64,000 bases of DNA from Nemertoderma westbladi (GCA_032718475.1 JAUCBJ010008732.1:1-64000), one strand, 5' to 3'; shown: positions 34,117 through 48,085, numbered from the stretch's first letter. Translations and numbers: made by a program. The notes: a model not told the origin generated them from the letters alone.

Positions 34117-35641
34117 TGTAGAGAGAGATGAACCTGCGTTTATGACTGTCAAACAGGTGAGTAAACCATTACAAGTTAAACCTGAGACATGCTGCGCAAA
34201 CCCAGTCATTTATAAACCTACAGTAGCGCTTAACTCTGATGTTTTTACTAGACCCCTCACCCTATGTTTATCGAGACCTACGACTACGTGGAAGGCTTGC
34301 GAGACTACCGAACAACGAAGGACGATGGATGTGGGTAGTACCCACAGGATCGAACCGAGTTTAACCCGACCTATGACTTCGTGGAAGGCTTGCGAGCCTA
34401 CCGAACAATGGAGAGCCGTAGATCCCAGACCACAACGAACTCGACCAAGAGTAATATGCCGTACTGATTACAAACGAGAGGAGAGATCGATGAATCCTTA
34501 CATTGACAATCCTCCACGAGAAACACCCCTGCAGAAACCTACATCGCAACCGGCCGAGGAGATTATCACTAGACAGCTTACCGAGATATTCCGACCTGTA
34601 GCGGACCGACTGGCTCAGATCGAAGAGCGGCTCCAAGCCCCACCATCGGATCGATCACGGACCAGCGTGGAGTTGGAACAACCTCGACCACATCGACCAC
34701 CATTCAGAGAACCGGAGGCTAGACAAACTCTGAACCATCGAGAAGACGATCCCGTTAACCTTTCCTACCGACGAACAACGTGCGGACGGGAACGACTGGA
34801 CGCCGTAACCGAACAGGGACGCGGACAGTTGGACTTAGTTAACGAGATTGCTAAGTTTGCAGCCAGACACGGATTGCCGGCACAACAACCGCCAAAGTTC
34901 TCTGGCAACGCGAAGCACTGGCGTACACTGGTAGACTATGTGGAGTCCCAGATCGCTAAGTGTGCCTTCACCTCGACGGAGAAGTTTAATTACTTGCTCC
35001 AGGTTCTGTCTGGCGAGCCGAAACGACTAGCGGAGACCTTTATTGGTGTTCCGAATGCCTTCGAGTTGGCGTACGACCGCTTGTTTTCTATTTACGGCGG
35101 TAACGTAGCCATGGCTAAATCTATTATAGAAGACCTCTGTAGAGGAGGAAGCATTTTGAAACCGATCAATCTCCTACGACTCGCGGACAAAATCAAAAAC
35201 GCTATAGGGACTTTATGGTCAATCGGACAACTCGAATACGCCAATGCACCAACGGTTCTAATCAGGATAATCGGTAGACTCCATCATTGGTTACGCCGAG
35301 AATGGCGACGGATTGAGTATCAGCGTGAAGAGGCCGGCGGGCTATTAAAGCTTACCGATGTTTATCAACTGATTTCGCGAGAGGCCGTGGTCGAGACCAG
35401 ATCAAATTATACTGACCACCATATAGCGGCAGAAGGAATAGTGTTATTTAAAACGTGTCATGTAACTAAATGAATTGAAGGAACTGAAATAACCCACTGA
35501 TTTAAGGTTTTATGTTCAAATTGAATTTCTAGTTACAATAGGATATACGACAATCAATTGATAAATGTTACGTTATTAACCAACAGTATCCATTACAATC
35601 GTAAGGATTGCTCGGATACTTATTAACTAAGTTAGACATTT

Positions 35642-35986
35642 TCAGTGTAGTTTCAATGTCATTTTAGTAGACATAAACTCATTTCCGACATTACCCCAAA
35701 AGACTCCCTTCGTACTATCAGTAGACTGATAATCCCCGTTGAGGTTCGTCGTAGAATCCACGGTATGCCACCAACCGCCGGACCGAACTTTAGCCAACGA
35801 GGTGTCGGCGGAATCATCATGATCTGCGTCTTTAGTAGAGAACTTAATCCCTTGAGCTGCCTTCATTCCATCACTCAGGGTAGAAGATTCACTAAATTCT
35901 CCGTAACTAAACTTGTAATACGTATCTTCTGAACCGATCGTTACATTATTATAAGTGGCTTTATAGGTCTCTGTCTGATCCGTATC
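35642..35986 (-). CDS. Terminal exon of a fibrinogen-domain (FReD) gene; acceptor uncertain (35974, 35986 or 36062)
   Basis: YKATYNNVTIGSEDTYYKF..GIKFSTKDADHD..GGWW..NLNG.Y..GVFW..STKMTL is the C-terminal half of a fibrinogen C domain. Confidence 0.8.
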   Translation of the reverse strand, partial: DTDQTETYKATYNNVTIGSEDTYYKFSYGEFSESSTLSDGMKAAQGIKFSTKDADHDDSADTSLAKVRSGGWWHTVDSTTNLNGDYQSTDSTKGVFWGNVGNEFMSTKMTLKLH

Positions 35987-37911
35987 CTTAATTATTAATT
36001 CGGTATTACTTGGCCAGCCTGCGCCCTCCCCCTTAATTGAGAGTTTCAACTTTTCGGCACACCTGTGATTAGGGCACACCCCCAAAAAAATTTTATACTC
36101 CCAAAATTTTGTTTGAAAGATCCCTACTTTCGTTTTGAGAATGTTTTTAAAAAAATATAAATCTTAATTTTGTTAAAGAATAGCGCCCTACAATAAAAAA
36201 GTATTGTTCAAGAACATTATATTCTCTAAATTATTATATTATAATATAACTATTATATTATAAAATATTAAATATAAGTTTTCTTTATATATAGAACTAT
36301 ATATAAACTATAAACTAATAAAAATATAAATATTTTTAATTGATTATTGTTTAAAACCATGCATTACTACATATTAAAGTATTAGGTTGCACACCCAAAC
36401 TGGAACCTTGCATTTTGGTGTCTCTGAACCCTAAAATTGGGTGTAAATTATTTTTTGTGATAAACATCGTCGGTGCAGTTTAAGAATAGCCAAACCAAAT
36501 ATTTAAAAAAGTGGCCCCAAAAATGGCAGTAGCGCCAAAGGCTATTTCTCCACCAATATTTGTTTAAATTTGTCGAAATTTAGCATATTTTTCAGTCCAA
36601 TTCATCTGAACGCTTTCAATCAATTAATCAATAGAGCTCATAGACATGATGAGCGTATGACATGATGCCAACATTATAGTTATAGCATTACAATTTTTCA
36701 ATGTTACAAATTAACGTTTATTTAGCTAAAATTTGTAATGTTTGTGATAGTAATGTAATAGTATAGTAGATATAAATTTTAAATGACAAAAAAGAACAGT
36801 ACTGTAGCATAGCTAGTGTTGTTCTATTTTGCCGTTGTGGCGCGTAAACAATTGGATATATAAAGAGAAGAGTTCATGCCATCATAATATTCGTTATTTA
36901 TAATTTCGGGTTAAATTGAGTTTTGTTCAAGAGATTCATTGACAAATGTATTCTGAATAAGTATAACAAATTTCAACACAATTCAGAAACAGATATCCTT
37001 TTTCATGAAAAAAACGTCATTCTGAGATATAGGTATTTAAAGCTTAAGGCACAATTCAAAATTCCCGCTATTTTATTTTAGATAAGTATACCATTTTTTT
37101 TGTTCAACAATAACTTTTTCAAAAATGAATGAAATTCAACGAAATTTTTCATCATTGCTAAAAATATATCGAATAAAACAACCATTTAGCAAATTTATTC
37201 ATAACATTTTAATTTGTTCTATAACATTAAACATAAATTACCGGCTTTCAAATTTTTTTTTTATTTCATCTAGAGCAGATTTTTATCAAGATTCCAAATA
37301 CGTAAACCGGTTAGCAAGATCTATTTTACATCTTGAGATATGGCTGTCTGTCGGTTTTACTGTCGGTCTGCCATTCAGTATGTCTCCAAAACAATAGAAA
37401 ATATACTATCTGTCTAAAAAATTTCCTTTAAAAATGGGTTTTTTACCTTGAAAAGTACGAAGCAAATTTTCTACTCGAATCTTTCCACGTAATCAGCCAT
37501 GCTGATTCCAAAAAAAAACAGGTAACAACTTCTGAAAATAAACCATAACAAAGGAGTAGCATTTTAAGTCAAAGGTGTAAATTTTGGCTCTGGTCGAGAA
37601 GGGCGTCAAAAATAAATTTTTTTAATATTACAATTCAATATAGTAAACCCAAAATGTATCTTACACTTTTTTCCTACTTATTAGCCTTTTGGTGCAGTAT
37701 GCATTTCAAAATGTTGACTTCCAAGACAGTTTTTATTCCAAGGTTGATATTTTTATGTTATTAATTGAAATTGGTCTATATTATATGTAGTACACTGTGT
37801 TACCATCCTATGTTTAGTCACAACTTTTATCAACAAATCATTGTATTCTAGAACATTTAGCTAATTTGCTAGCTATTATTTTAAAACTAAATGAATTCGG
37901 TGCTAGTAAAA

Positions 37912-40900
37912 TTCTCCTCCCCACTAGTTCCGTACTCCTCCCCACTAGTTCCGTACTCCTCCCCACTAGTTCCGTTCTCCTCCCCACTAGTTCCGTACTC
38001 CTCCCCACTAGTTCCGTACTCCTCCCCACTAGTTCCGTACTCCTCCCCACTAGTTCCGTACTCCTCCCCACTAGTTCCGTACTCCTCCCCACTAGTTTCG
38101 TGCTCCTCTCCACTGGAAGCGGCTCCTCCCCACTAGTTCCGTACTCCTCCCCTCTAGTTCCGTACTCCTCCCCACTAGTTCCGTACTCCTCCCCACTGGT
38201 TCCGTACTCCTCCCCACTGGTTCCGTACTCCTCCCCACTAGTTCCGTACTCCTCCCCTCTAGTTCCGTACTCATCCCCACTAGTTCCGTACTCCTCCCCA
38301 CTAGTTCCGTACTCTCCACCCCACTAGTTCCGTACTCTTCCCCACTAGTTCCGTACTCCTCCCCACTAGTTCCGTACTCCTCCCCTCTAGTTCCGTACTC
38401 CTCCCCACTAGTTCCGTTCTCCTCCCCACTAGTTCCGTACTCCTCCCCACTAGTTCCATTCTCCTCCCCACCAGTTCCGTACTCCTCCCCACCAGTTCCG
38501 TACTCCTCCCCACTAGTTCCGTACTCCTCCCCACTAGTTCCGTACTCCTCCCCACTAGTTCCGTACTCCTCCCCACTAGTTCCGTGCTCCTCTCCACTGG
38601 AAGCGGCTCCTCCCCACTAGTTCCGTACTCCTCCCCTCTAGTTCCGTACTCCTCCCCACTAGTTCCGTACTCCTCCCCACTATGTTCCGTACTCCTCCCC
38701 ACTAGTTCCGTACTCCTCCCCACTAGTTCCGTACTCCTCCCTTCTAGTTCCGTACTCCTCCCCACTAGTTCCGTACTCCTCCCCACTAGTTCCGTACTCC
38801 TCCCCACTAGTTCCGTACTCCTCCCCACTAGTTTCGTGCTCCTCTCCACTGGAAGCGGCTCCTCCCCACTAGTTCCGTACTCCTCCCCTCTAGTTCCGTA
38901 CTCCTCCCCACTAGTTCCGTACTCCTCCCCACTTGTTCCGTACTCCTCCCCACTGGTTCCGTACTCCTCCCCACTAGATTCGTGCTCCTCTCCACTGGAA
39001 GCGGCTCCTCCCCACTAGTTCCGTACTCCTCCCCACTAGTTCCGTACTCCTCCCCACTTGTTCCGTACTCCTCCCCACTAGTTCCGTACTCCTCCCCTCT
39101 AGTTCCGTACTCCTCCCCACTAGTTCCGTACTCCTCCCCACTAGTTCCGTACTCCTCCCACTAGTTCCGGACTCCTCCCCACTAGTTCCGTACTCCTCCC
39201 CACTAGTTCCGTACTCCTCCCCTACTAGTTCCGTACTCCTCCCCACTAGTTCCGTACTCCTCCCCACTAGTTCCGTACTCCTCCCCACTAGTTCCGTACT
39301 CCCTCCCCACTAGTTCCGTACTCCTCCCCACTAGTTCCGTACTCCTCCCCACTAGTTCCGTACTCCTCCCCACTAGTTCCGTACTCCTCCCCACTAGTTC
39401 CGTACTCCTCCCACTAGTTCCGTACTCCTCCCCACTAGTTCCGTACTCCTCCCCACTAGTTCCGTACTCCTCCCCACTAGTTCCGTACTCCTCCCCACTA
39501 GTTCCGTACTCTCTCCCCACTAGTTCCGTACTCCTCCCTCACTAGTTCCGTACTCCTCCCCACTAGTTCCGTACTCCTCCCCACTAGTTCCGTACTCCTC
39601 CCCACTAGTTCCGTACTCCTCCCCACTAGTTCCGTACTCCTCCCCACTAGTTCCGTACTCCTCCCCACTAGTTCCGTACTCCTCCCCACTAGTTCCGTAC
39701 TCCTCCCCTCTAGTTCCGTACTCCTCCCCACTAGTTCCGTACTCCTCCCCACTAGTTCCGTACTCCTCCCCACTAGTTCCGTACTCCTCCCCACTAGTTC
39801 CGTACTCCTCCCCACTAGTTCCGTACTCCTCCCTTCTAGTTCCGTACTCCTCCCCACTAGTTCCGTACTCCTCCCCACTATTTCCGTACTCCTCCCTACT
39901 AGTTCCGTACTCCTCCCCGCTAGTTTCGTACTCCTCCCCACTAGTTCCGTACTCCTCCCCACTAGTTCCGTACTCCTCCCCACTAGTTCCGTACTCCTCC
40001 CCACTATTTCCGTACTCCTCCCCACTATTTCTGTACTCCTCCCCACTAGTTCCGTTCTCCTCCCCACTAGTTCCGTACTCCTCCCCTACTAGTTCCGTAC
40101 TCCTCCCCACTAGTTCCGTACTCCTCCCCACTAGTTCCGTACTCCTCCCCACTAGTTCCGTACTCCTCCCCACTAGTTCCGTACTCCTCCCCTCTAGTTC
40201 CGTACTCCTCCCTCACTAGTTCCGTACTCCTCCCCACTAGTTCCGTACTCCTCCCCACTAGTTCCGTACTCCTCCCCACTAGTTCCGTACTCCTCCCCAC
40301 TAGTTCCGTACTCCTCCCCACTAGTTCCGTACTCCTCCCCTCTAGTTCCGTACTCCTCCCCACTAGTTCCGTACTCCTCCCCACTAGTTCCGTACTCCTC
40401 CCCACTAGTTCCGTACTCCTCCCCACTAGTTCCGTACTCCTCCCCTCTAGTTCCGTACTCCTCCCCACTAGTTCCGTACTCCTCCCCACTAGTTTCGTGC
40501 TCCTCTCCACTGGAAGTTCCGTGCTCCTCCCCACTAGTTCCGTACTCCTCCCCTCTAGTTCCGTACTCCTCCCCACTAGTTCCGTACTCCTCCCCACTAG
40601 TTCCGTACTCCTCCCCACTAGTTCCGTACTCCCTCCCACTAGTTTCGTACTCCTCCCCACTAGTTCCGTACTCCTCCCCACTAGTTCCGTACTCCTCCCC
40701 ACTAGTTCCGTACTCCTCCCCACTAGTTCCGTACTCCTCCCCACTAGTTCCGTACTCCTCCCCACTAGTTCCGTACTCCTCCCCACTAGTTCCGTACTCC
40801 TCCCCACTAGTTCCGTACTCCTCCCCACTAGTTCCGTACTCCCCCCCACTAGTTCCGTACTCCTCCCCACTAGTTCCGTACTCCTCCCCACTAGTTCCGT

Positions 40901-43900
40901 ACTCCTCCCCTCTAGTTCCGTACTCCTCCCCACTAGTTCCGTTCTCCTCCCCACTAGTTCCGTACTCCTCCCCACTAGTTCCGTTCTCCTCCCCACTAGT
41001 TCCGTACTCCTCCCCACTAGTTCCGTACTCCTCCCCACTAGTTCCGTACTCCTCCCCACTAGTTCCGTACTCCTCCCACTAGTTCCGTACTCCTCCCCAC
41101 TAGTTCCGTACTCCTCCCCACTAGTTCCGTACTCCTCCCCACTAGTTCCGTACTCCTCCCCACTAGTTCCGTACTCCTCCCCTCTAGTTCCGTACTCCTC
41201 CCCACTAGTTCCGTACTCCTCCCCACTAGTTCCGTACTCCTCCCCACTAGTTCCGTACTCCTCCCCACTAGTTCCGTACTCCTCCCCTCTAGTTCCGTAC
41301 TCCTCCCCACTAGTTCCGTACTCCTCCCCACTAGTTCCGTACTCCTCCCCACTAGTTCCGTACTCCCTCCCACTAGTTCCGTACTCCTCCCCACTAGTTC
41401 CGTACTCCTCCCCACTAGTTTCGTGCTCCTCTCCACTGGAAGCGGCTCCTCCCCACTAGTTCCGTACTCCTCCCCACTAGTTCCGTACTCCTCCCCACTA
41501 GTTCCGTACTCCTCCCCACTAGTTCCGTACTCCTCCCCACTAGTTCCGTACTCCTCCCCACTAGTTCCGTACTCCTCCCCTCTAGTTCCGTACTCCTCCC
41601 CACTAGTTCCGTTCTCCTCCCCACTAGTTCCGTACTCCTCCCCACTAGTTCCGTACTCCTCCCCACTAGTTTCGTGCTCCTCCCCACTAGTTCCGTACTC
41701 CTCCCCACTAGTTCCGTACTCCTCCCCTCTAGTTCCGTACTCCTCCCCACTAGTTCCGTACTCCTCCCCACTAGTTCCATTCTCCTCCCCACTAGTTCCG
41801 TACTCCTCCCCACTAGTTCCGTACTCCTCCCCACTAGTTCCGTTCTCCTCCCCACTAGTTCCGTACTCCTCCCCACTAGTTCCGTACTCCTCCCCACTAG
41901 TTTCGTGCTCCTCTCCACTGGAGCGGCTCCTCCCCACTAGTTCCGTACTCCTCCCCTCTAGTTCCGTACTCCTCCCCACTAGTTCCGTACTCCTCCCCAC
42001 TAGTTCCGTACTCCTCCCCACTAGTTCCGTACTCCTCCCCACTAGTTCCGTACTCCTCCCCACTAGTTCCGTACTCCTCCCCACTAGTTCCGTACTCCTC
42101 CCCACTAGTTCCGTACTCCTCCCCACTAGTTCCGTACTCCTCCCCACTAGTTTCCGTACTCCTCTCCACTAGTTCCGTACTCCTCCCCACTAGTTCCGTA
42201 CTCCTCCCCTCTAGTTCCGTACTCCTCCCCACTAGTTCCGTACTCCTCCCCACTATGTTCCGTACTCCTCCCCACTAGTTCCGTACTCCTCCCCACTAGT
42301 TCCGTACTCCTCCCCACTAGTTCCGTACTCCTCCCCACTAGTTCCGTACTCCTCCCCACTAGTTCCGTACTCCTCCCCACTAGTTCCGTACTCCTCCCCA
42401 CTAGTTCCGTACTCCTCCCCTCTAGTTCCGTACTCCTCCCCACTAGTTCCGTACTCCTCCCCACTAGTTCCGTGCTCCTCTCCACTGAGCGGCTCCTCCC
42501 CACTAGTTCCGTACTCCTCTCCACTAGTTCCGTACTCCTCCCCTCTAGTTCCGTACTCCTCCCCACTAGTTCCGTACTCCTCCCCACTAGTTCCGTACTC
42601 CTCCCCACTTGTTCCGTACTCCTCCCCACTAGTTCCGTACTCCTCCCCACTAGTTCCGTACTCCTCCCCACTAGTTCCGTACTCCTCCCCACTAGTTCCG
42701 TACTCCTCCCCACTAGTTCCGTACTCCTCCCCACTAGTTCCGTACTCCTCCCCACTAGTTCCGTACTCCTCCCCACTAGTTCCGTACTCCTCCCCACTAG
42801 TTCCGTACTCCTCCCCACTAGTTCCGTACTCTCCACCCCACTAGTTCCGTACTCTTCCCCACTAGTTCCGTACTCCTCCCCACTAGTTCCGTACTCCTCC
42901 CCTCTAGTTCCGTACTCCTCCCCACTAGTTCCGTTCTCCTCCCCTCTAGTTCCGTACTCCTCCCCACTAGTTCCGTTCTCCTCCCCACTAGTTCCGTACT
43001 CCTCCCCACTAGTTCCGTTCTCCTCCCCTCTAGTTCCGTACTCCTCCCCACTAGTTCCGTACTCCCTCCCACTAGTTCCGTACTCCTCCCCACTAGTTCC
43101 GTACTCCTCCCCACTAGTTTCGTGCTCCTCTCCACTGGAAGCGGCTCCTCCCCACTAGTTCCGTACTCCTCCCCTCTAGTTCCGTACTCCTCCCCACTAG
43201 TTCCGTACTCCTCCCCACTGGTTCCGTACTCCTCCCCACTGGTTCCGTACTCCTCCCCACTAGTTCCGTTCTCCTCCCCTCTAGTTCCGTACTCCTCCCC
43301 ACTAGTTCCGTTCTCCTCCCCACTAGTTCCGTACTCCTCCCCACTAGTTCCGTACTCCTCCCCACTAGTTCCGTTCTCCTCCCCACTAGTTCCGTTCTCC
43401 TCCCCACTAGTTCCGTACTCCTCCCCTCTAGTTCCGTACTCCTCCCCACTAGTTCCGTACTCCTCCCCACTTGTTCCGTACTCCTCCCCACTGGTTCCGT
43501 ACTCCTCCCCACTAGTTCCGTACTCCTCCCCTCTAGTTCCGTACTCATCCCCACTAGTTCCGTACTCCTCCCCACTAGTTCCGTACTCCTCCCCACTAGT
43601 TCCGTACTCCTCCCCACTAGTTTCGTGCTCCTCTCCACTGGAAGCGGCTCCTCCCCACTAGTTCCGTACTCCTCCCCTCTAGTTCCGTACTCCTCCCCAC
43701 TAGTTCCGTACTCCTCCCCACTTGTTCCGTACTCCTCCCCACTGGTTCCGTACTCCTCCCCACTAGTTCCGTACTCCTCCCCTCTAGTTCCGTACTCATC
43801 CCCACTAGTTCCGTACTCCTCCCCACTAGTTTCGTGCTCCTCTCCACTGGAAGCGGCTCCTCCCCACTAGTTCCGTACTCCTCCCCTCTAGTTCCGTACT

Positions 43901-45398
43901 CCTCCCCACTAGTTCCGTACTCCTCCCCACTAGTTCCGTACTCCTCCCCACTTGTTCCGTACTCCCTCCCACTAGTTTCGTACTCCTCCCCACTAGTTCC
44001 GTACTCCTCCCCACTAGTTCCGTACTCCTCCCCACTAGTTCCGTACTCCTCCCCACTAGTTCCGTACTCCTCCCCACTAGTTCCGTACTCCTCCCCACCA
44101 GTTCCGTACTCCTCCCCACTAGTTCCGTACTCCTCCCCACTAGTTCCGTACTCTCCACCCCACTAGTTCCGTACTCTCCACCCCACTAGTTCCGTACTCT
44201 TCCCCACTAGTTCCGTACTCCTCCCCACTAGTTCCGTACTCCTCCCCTCTAGTTCCGTACTCCTCCCCACTAGTTCCGTTCTCCTCCCCTCTAGTTCCGT
44301 ACTCCTCCCCACTAGTTCCGTTCTCCTCCCCACTAGTTCCGTACTCCTCCCCACTAGTTCCGTTCTCCTCCCCTCTAGTTCCGTACTCCTCCCCACTAGT
44401 TCCGTACTCCCTCCCACTAGTTCCGTACTCCTCCCCACTAGTTCCGTACCCCTCCCCACTAGTTTCGTGCTCCTCTCCACTGGAAGCGGCTCCTCCCCAC
44501 TAGTTCCGTACTCCTCCCCTCTAGTTCCGTACTCCTCCCCACTAGTTCCGTACTCCTCCCCACTGGTTCCGTACTCCTCCCCACTGGTTCCGTACTCCTC
44601 CCCACTAGTTCCGTACTCCTCCCCTCTAGTTCCGTACTCATCCCCACTAGTTCCGTTCTCCTCCCCTCTAGTTCCGTACTCCTCCCCACTAGTTCCGTAC
44701 TCCCTCCCACTAGTTCCGTACTCCTCCCCACTAGTTCCGTACTCCTCCCCACTAGTTTCGTGCTCCTCTCCACTGGAAGCGGCTCCTCCCCACTAGTTCC
44801 GTACTCTTCCCCACTAGTTCCGTACTCCTCCCCACTAGTTCCGTACTCCTCCCCACTAATTCCGTACTCCTCCCCACTAGTTCCGTACTCCTCCCCACTA
44901 GTTCCGTTCTCCTCCCCTCTAGTAACGTACTCCTCCCCACTAGTTCCGTTCTCCTCCCCACTAGTTCCGTACTCCTCCCCACTAGTTCCGTACTCCTCCC
45001 CACTAGTTTCGTGCTCCTCTCCACTGGAAGCGGACTCCTCCCCACTAGTTCCGTACTCCTCCCCTCTAGTTCCGTACTCCTCCCCACTAGTTCCGTACTC
45101 CTCCCCACTAGTTCCGTACTCCCCCCCACTAGTTCCGTACTCCTCCCCACTAGTTCCGTACTCCTCCCCACTAGTTACGTTCTCCTCCCCACTAGTTCCG
45201 TTCTCCTCCCCACTAGTTCCGTACTCTCCCCACTAGTTCCGTACTCCCCCCCTCTAGTTCAGTACTCCTCCACACTAGTTCCGTACCCCTCCCCACTAGT
45301 TCCGGACTCCTCCCCACTAGTTCCGTACTCTTCCCCACGAGTTCCGTACTCCTCTCCACTAGAACCGGACTCCTCCCCACCAGTTCCATACTCTTCCC
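37912..45398. repeat. 21-bp satellite (gttccgtactcctccccacta)n, ~7.5 kb, roughly 350 units
   Basis: Continuous array with recurrent variants (gtttcgtgctcctctccactg followed by the 20-bp gaagcggctcctccccacta) and a degenerate right edge. Confidence 0.97.
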
Positions 45399-45524
45399 TG
45401 CAGTTTTCCCCTGTAATTTAATAGGTTTTGTATGTTTTAAAATTGATTATATAGTACAGGCCACCAGAAAAAGCAGATTTCTTCCAATGTGATCACATGT
45501 GAACACATTTATTCAAGTCATCTG

Positions 45525-45760
45525 ATTGGCAGGTTATGGCGAGTTATCTTCTAGATCACACAGCAGGAGGCTAACTTGCTGGGACCGACAAAGGCGTTGT
45601 GTGCGGTGCGCCTGTATGTATGATATCAGGTAGATGAGAAAGCCCCCAGGGCGTAACATTGCGGACATGGGCTGTATTGGTAGAGAGAGAACTACATACA
45701 AGACCACATGGAGGTTCATGGAGTGTATGGGAGTGGATGGGTATGTGGATGGAGGAGCCT
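45525..45760 (+). mobile_element. Possible degraded 3' end of an RTE-like LINE
   Basis: A GC-richer island whose fragmentary translation resembles the RRL..GH / GR.RTTY C-terminal RTE motifs. Confidence 0.3.
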
Positions 45761-46369
45761 AGACCATTGAATAATTAATTTAGTGCAGGGAGATGTCGCA
45801 CCATTAGTTTGACACCGTGAGGGAACAGAGAAACACCAGAAGATGCCTTAACATCACTAACTATAGGCCTGCCAACTAGACACTATTAACCGCACACTAT
45901 AAAGGTAAACAAAATCCTTATCGCATTTCCAGCTGCAGTGAGTGACAGTTCGCGGCAAACTACAGAGAGTTTCCAGATTACTAAGCGTTTCAAAAGTATG
46001 CAATTGTATCCTTTGGCGAAAAAATTTTGGTTATTGCCAATTCAATTATGTTCAATTGTCCCGTTCAACAACATTACATTACACTGGTACACATTTGATA
46101 AAATGTGTTCACAATTGTACAAATCTGCGTTTTCTGGTGGTCAGTACTGTAGTTCTGAAACATTACTAGCTATTAATTTTTAAGGTAACTAGTGGTTTAT
46201 GTAGCCAGTATTTTTTTATAATAATTGTGTGAAAAAGGCGACACTAATTGAATTAAGCTAACATAAAAAGCAATATCTACTAATGCTGGTTAAGAATAAT
46301 CAATAAGAAAATAAATGAAAATCATGATCTGTAAATAAATGAGGGGGGGGGGGGGGGGTCTAGTAATAC

Positions 46370-47089
46370 CTTATGCTTTAATTCAATCTCTAGATCACAT
46401 TCCCATTGTGCTGTTATGAAATGTAGGGACTTCAATCCAACCCAGTAGTTTCCTAGTCCATTGCCGCCCCAAAACAAACCAGCTTCATATTTCTTCCAAC
46501 CTTTATTGAAATTAAAATACATATATGGATGTTGGGTTCGTTCTTGTATCAAAATAGAATCATCTTCGCATATCACTGGTTCGTCTAAAGATTCAAAAAC
46601 TCGTTCCTCGCGATCCGTAATACCGGCACATGGGAATGCTACCTTGGCAATTGTGGTGGGTGGGGGTGTTGAAGATATTCCGTTCTTATCAGTGATTTCT
46701 TCTATAGAGACAGTGGTGGTAATGGTAGGGTCGGGCGGTTCGGGTGGTTCGGTGGTAGATGTTATAGAACGATTACCAATATTTGAGTTGATCGGAGTTC
46801 CAGAATTCTTAACCTTATTTCCACCGGATTTATCGCTGTGGTACAAAACGAAGCCCGTTATTACTAGAGACAATAAAATAAACCCGACGACCACATTTAG
46901 AACCATACGTATGTTTTCACGTCGTTCGTATTCTTCTGTTTTCGTTTCCCCGGTCATAGAATTTATACTTCTTCTTCTTTCGCGTCTCATCTCTTCAATA
47001 GGAATTCTCCCCACTGATGTTGTTTCCGAGAATTGCGACCGCGCTGACAAGTATTCAGACACTCCAGAACGTCGTGTTGAATTGGCCAT
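46370..47089 (-). CDS. First coding exon of a type II transmembrane fibrinogen-domain protein (FIBCD1-like topology)
   Basis: Cytoplasmic N-terminus, TM segment VLNVVVGFILLSLVITGFVLY, Thr/Pro-rich stalk, then the FReD N-half (PVICEDD..LIQER..FNKGWKKYEAG..NYWVGLKSLHFIT..LEIEL). Donor AAG|GTATTA at 46370/46369. Confidence 0.85.
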
Positions 47090-47432
47090 AACTGCGGCTG
47101 TGTATTACTTTGTATGATTTGGGAGTCGATTTTAAAAGATTTGTTTACTACTTGTTTTTTTATGGTTACTATTTGTTTACTACTTAGCTACTTAAACTAA
47201 TGGAGGCAAATAGAGATAAACTGTGGCGAAAGGCGATTGGCTGTGAATTTTCAATTTATTCGGTTTTTCTACAATATTCCTAATTCACGTCTCATGTTTA
47301 GGTCCCCTCTACCTCTCTCAGTAACCCGTTATTTTAACGTCCAACCAAAATAATTTTTTAACAAAATCCAAGCGAAAAACAGTAGAAAACAATAACAGGA
47401 AAATATTGCGTCGTGTGCCATTCGCAGCGCAT

Positions 47433-47720
47433 AGTTAATGAGCAAACAGAAGTTAATGAGCAAACAGAAGTAAATGAGCAATCATAAGTTAATGAGCAAA
47501 CAGAAGTTAATGAGCAAATATAAGTTAATTAATGAGCAAACAGAAGTTAATGAGCAAACAGAAGTTAATGAGCAAACAGAAGTAAATGAGCAATCATAAG
47601 TTAATGAGCAAACAGAAGTTAATGAGCAAATATAAGTTAATTAATGAGCAAACATAAGTTAATGAGCAAACAGAAGTTAATGAGCAAACAGAAGTTAATG
47701 AACAAACATAAGTTAATGAG
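47433..47720. repeat. 18-bp minisatellite (agttaatgagcaaacaga)n, block 1
   Basis: Direct tandem repeat. Confidence 0.95.
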
Positions 47721-48085
47721 AAAACGGGTGATATTACTTGGCCTTGGATATAATTGGCCAATAATATCCACATACAAGCAGACAGACATTACACAGCAAT
47801 GTAGTTATGCTGCGGCAATAGAGCATGCCTATTATAGTTGTATTAATATATACATTGTATACCGAAATTGACTACACGTATATACCGAAATTATTCCAGG
47901 GAGGTTTAATTTATAGTCCAGACAATCTAGGCAAAAAGAGGTAACCAAAACTAATTCGCAATTCTTATTCCGTATCAATTTATATTATATTTTATATTAT
48001 CTTGCGACAATCCCAAGAACTAGAATAATGTAGAATATTTAAATTATAAATTTTAATTTTAATTTTTTTTCCCTCGCAATGTCTT

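Larger units (their letters stand above)
30158..35430 (+). mobile_element. BEL-3: decayed, 3'-truncated BEL/Pao element (partial LTR/leader plus frameshifted gag)
   Basis: gag starts at ATG 30828 (MSDTPH..SCDPDR, compare MSDT..ICDTDR in BEL-2). It has coiled-coil fragments at 31540-32000 and a DUF1759-like PPKFSGNAKHW..EKFNYLLQVLSGEPK region at 34880-35200. The left boundary is uncertain. Confidence 0.78.

Noticed and set aside
35987-36085. N-terminal part of the 147-aa ORF as coding sequence
   Set aside because: It is redundant with the end of exon 1, the 36062 acceptor is out of phase with the 46370 donor, and the sequence looks like a repeat end. It is probably intronic.
37838-45421. Long repetitive ORFs (GRSTELV, TSGEEYG, PTSSVLL, PLVPYSS) as a proteoglycan- or mucin-like exon; an acceptor-like ttacag lies at ~45412
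   Set aside because: A recurrent 20-bp variant unit and many 1-nt indels switch frames repeatedly, and substitutions show no codon-position bias. The ORFs are a by-product of the 21-bp period.
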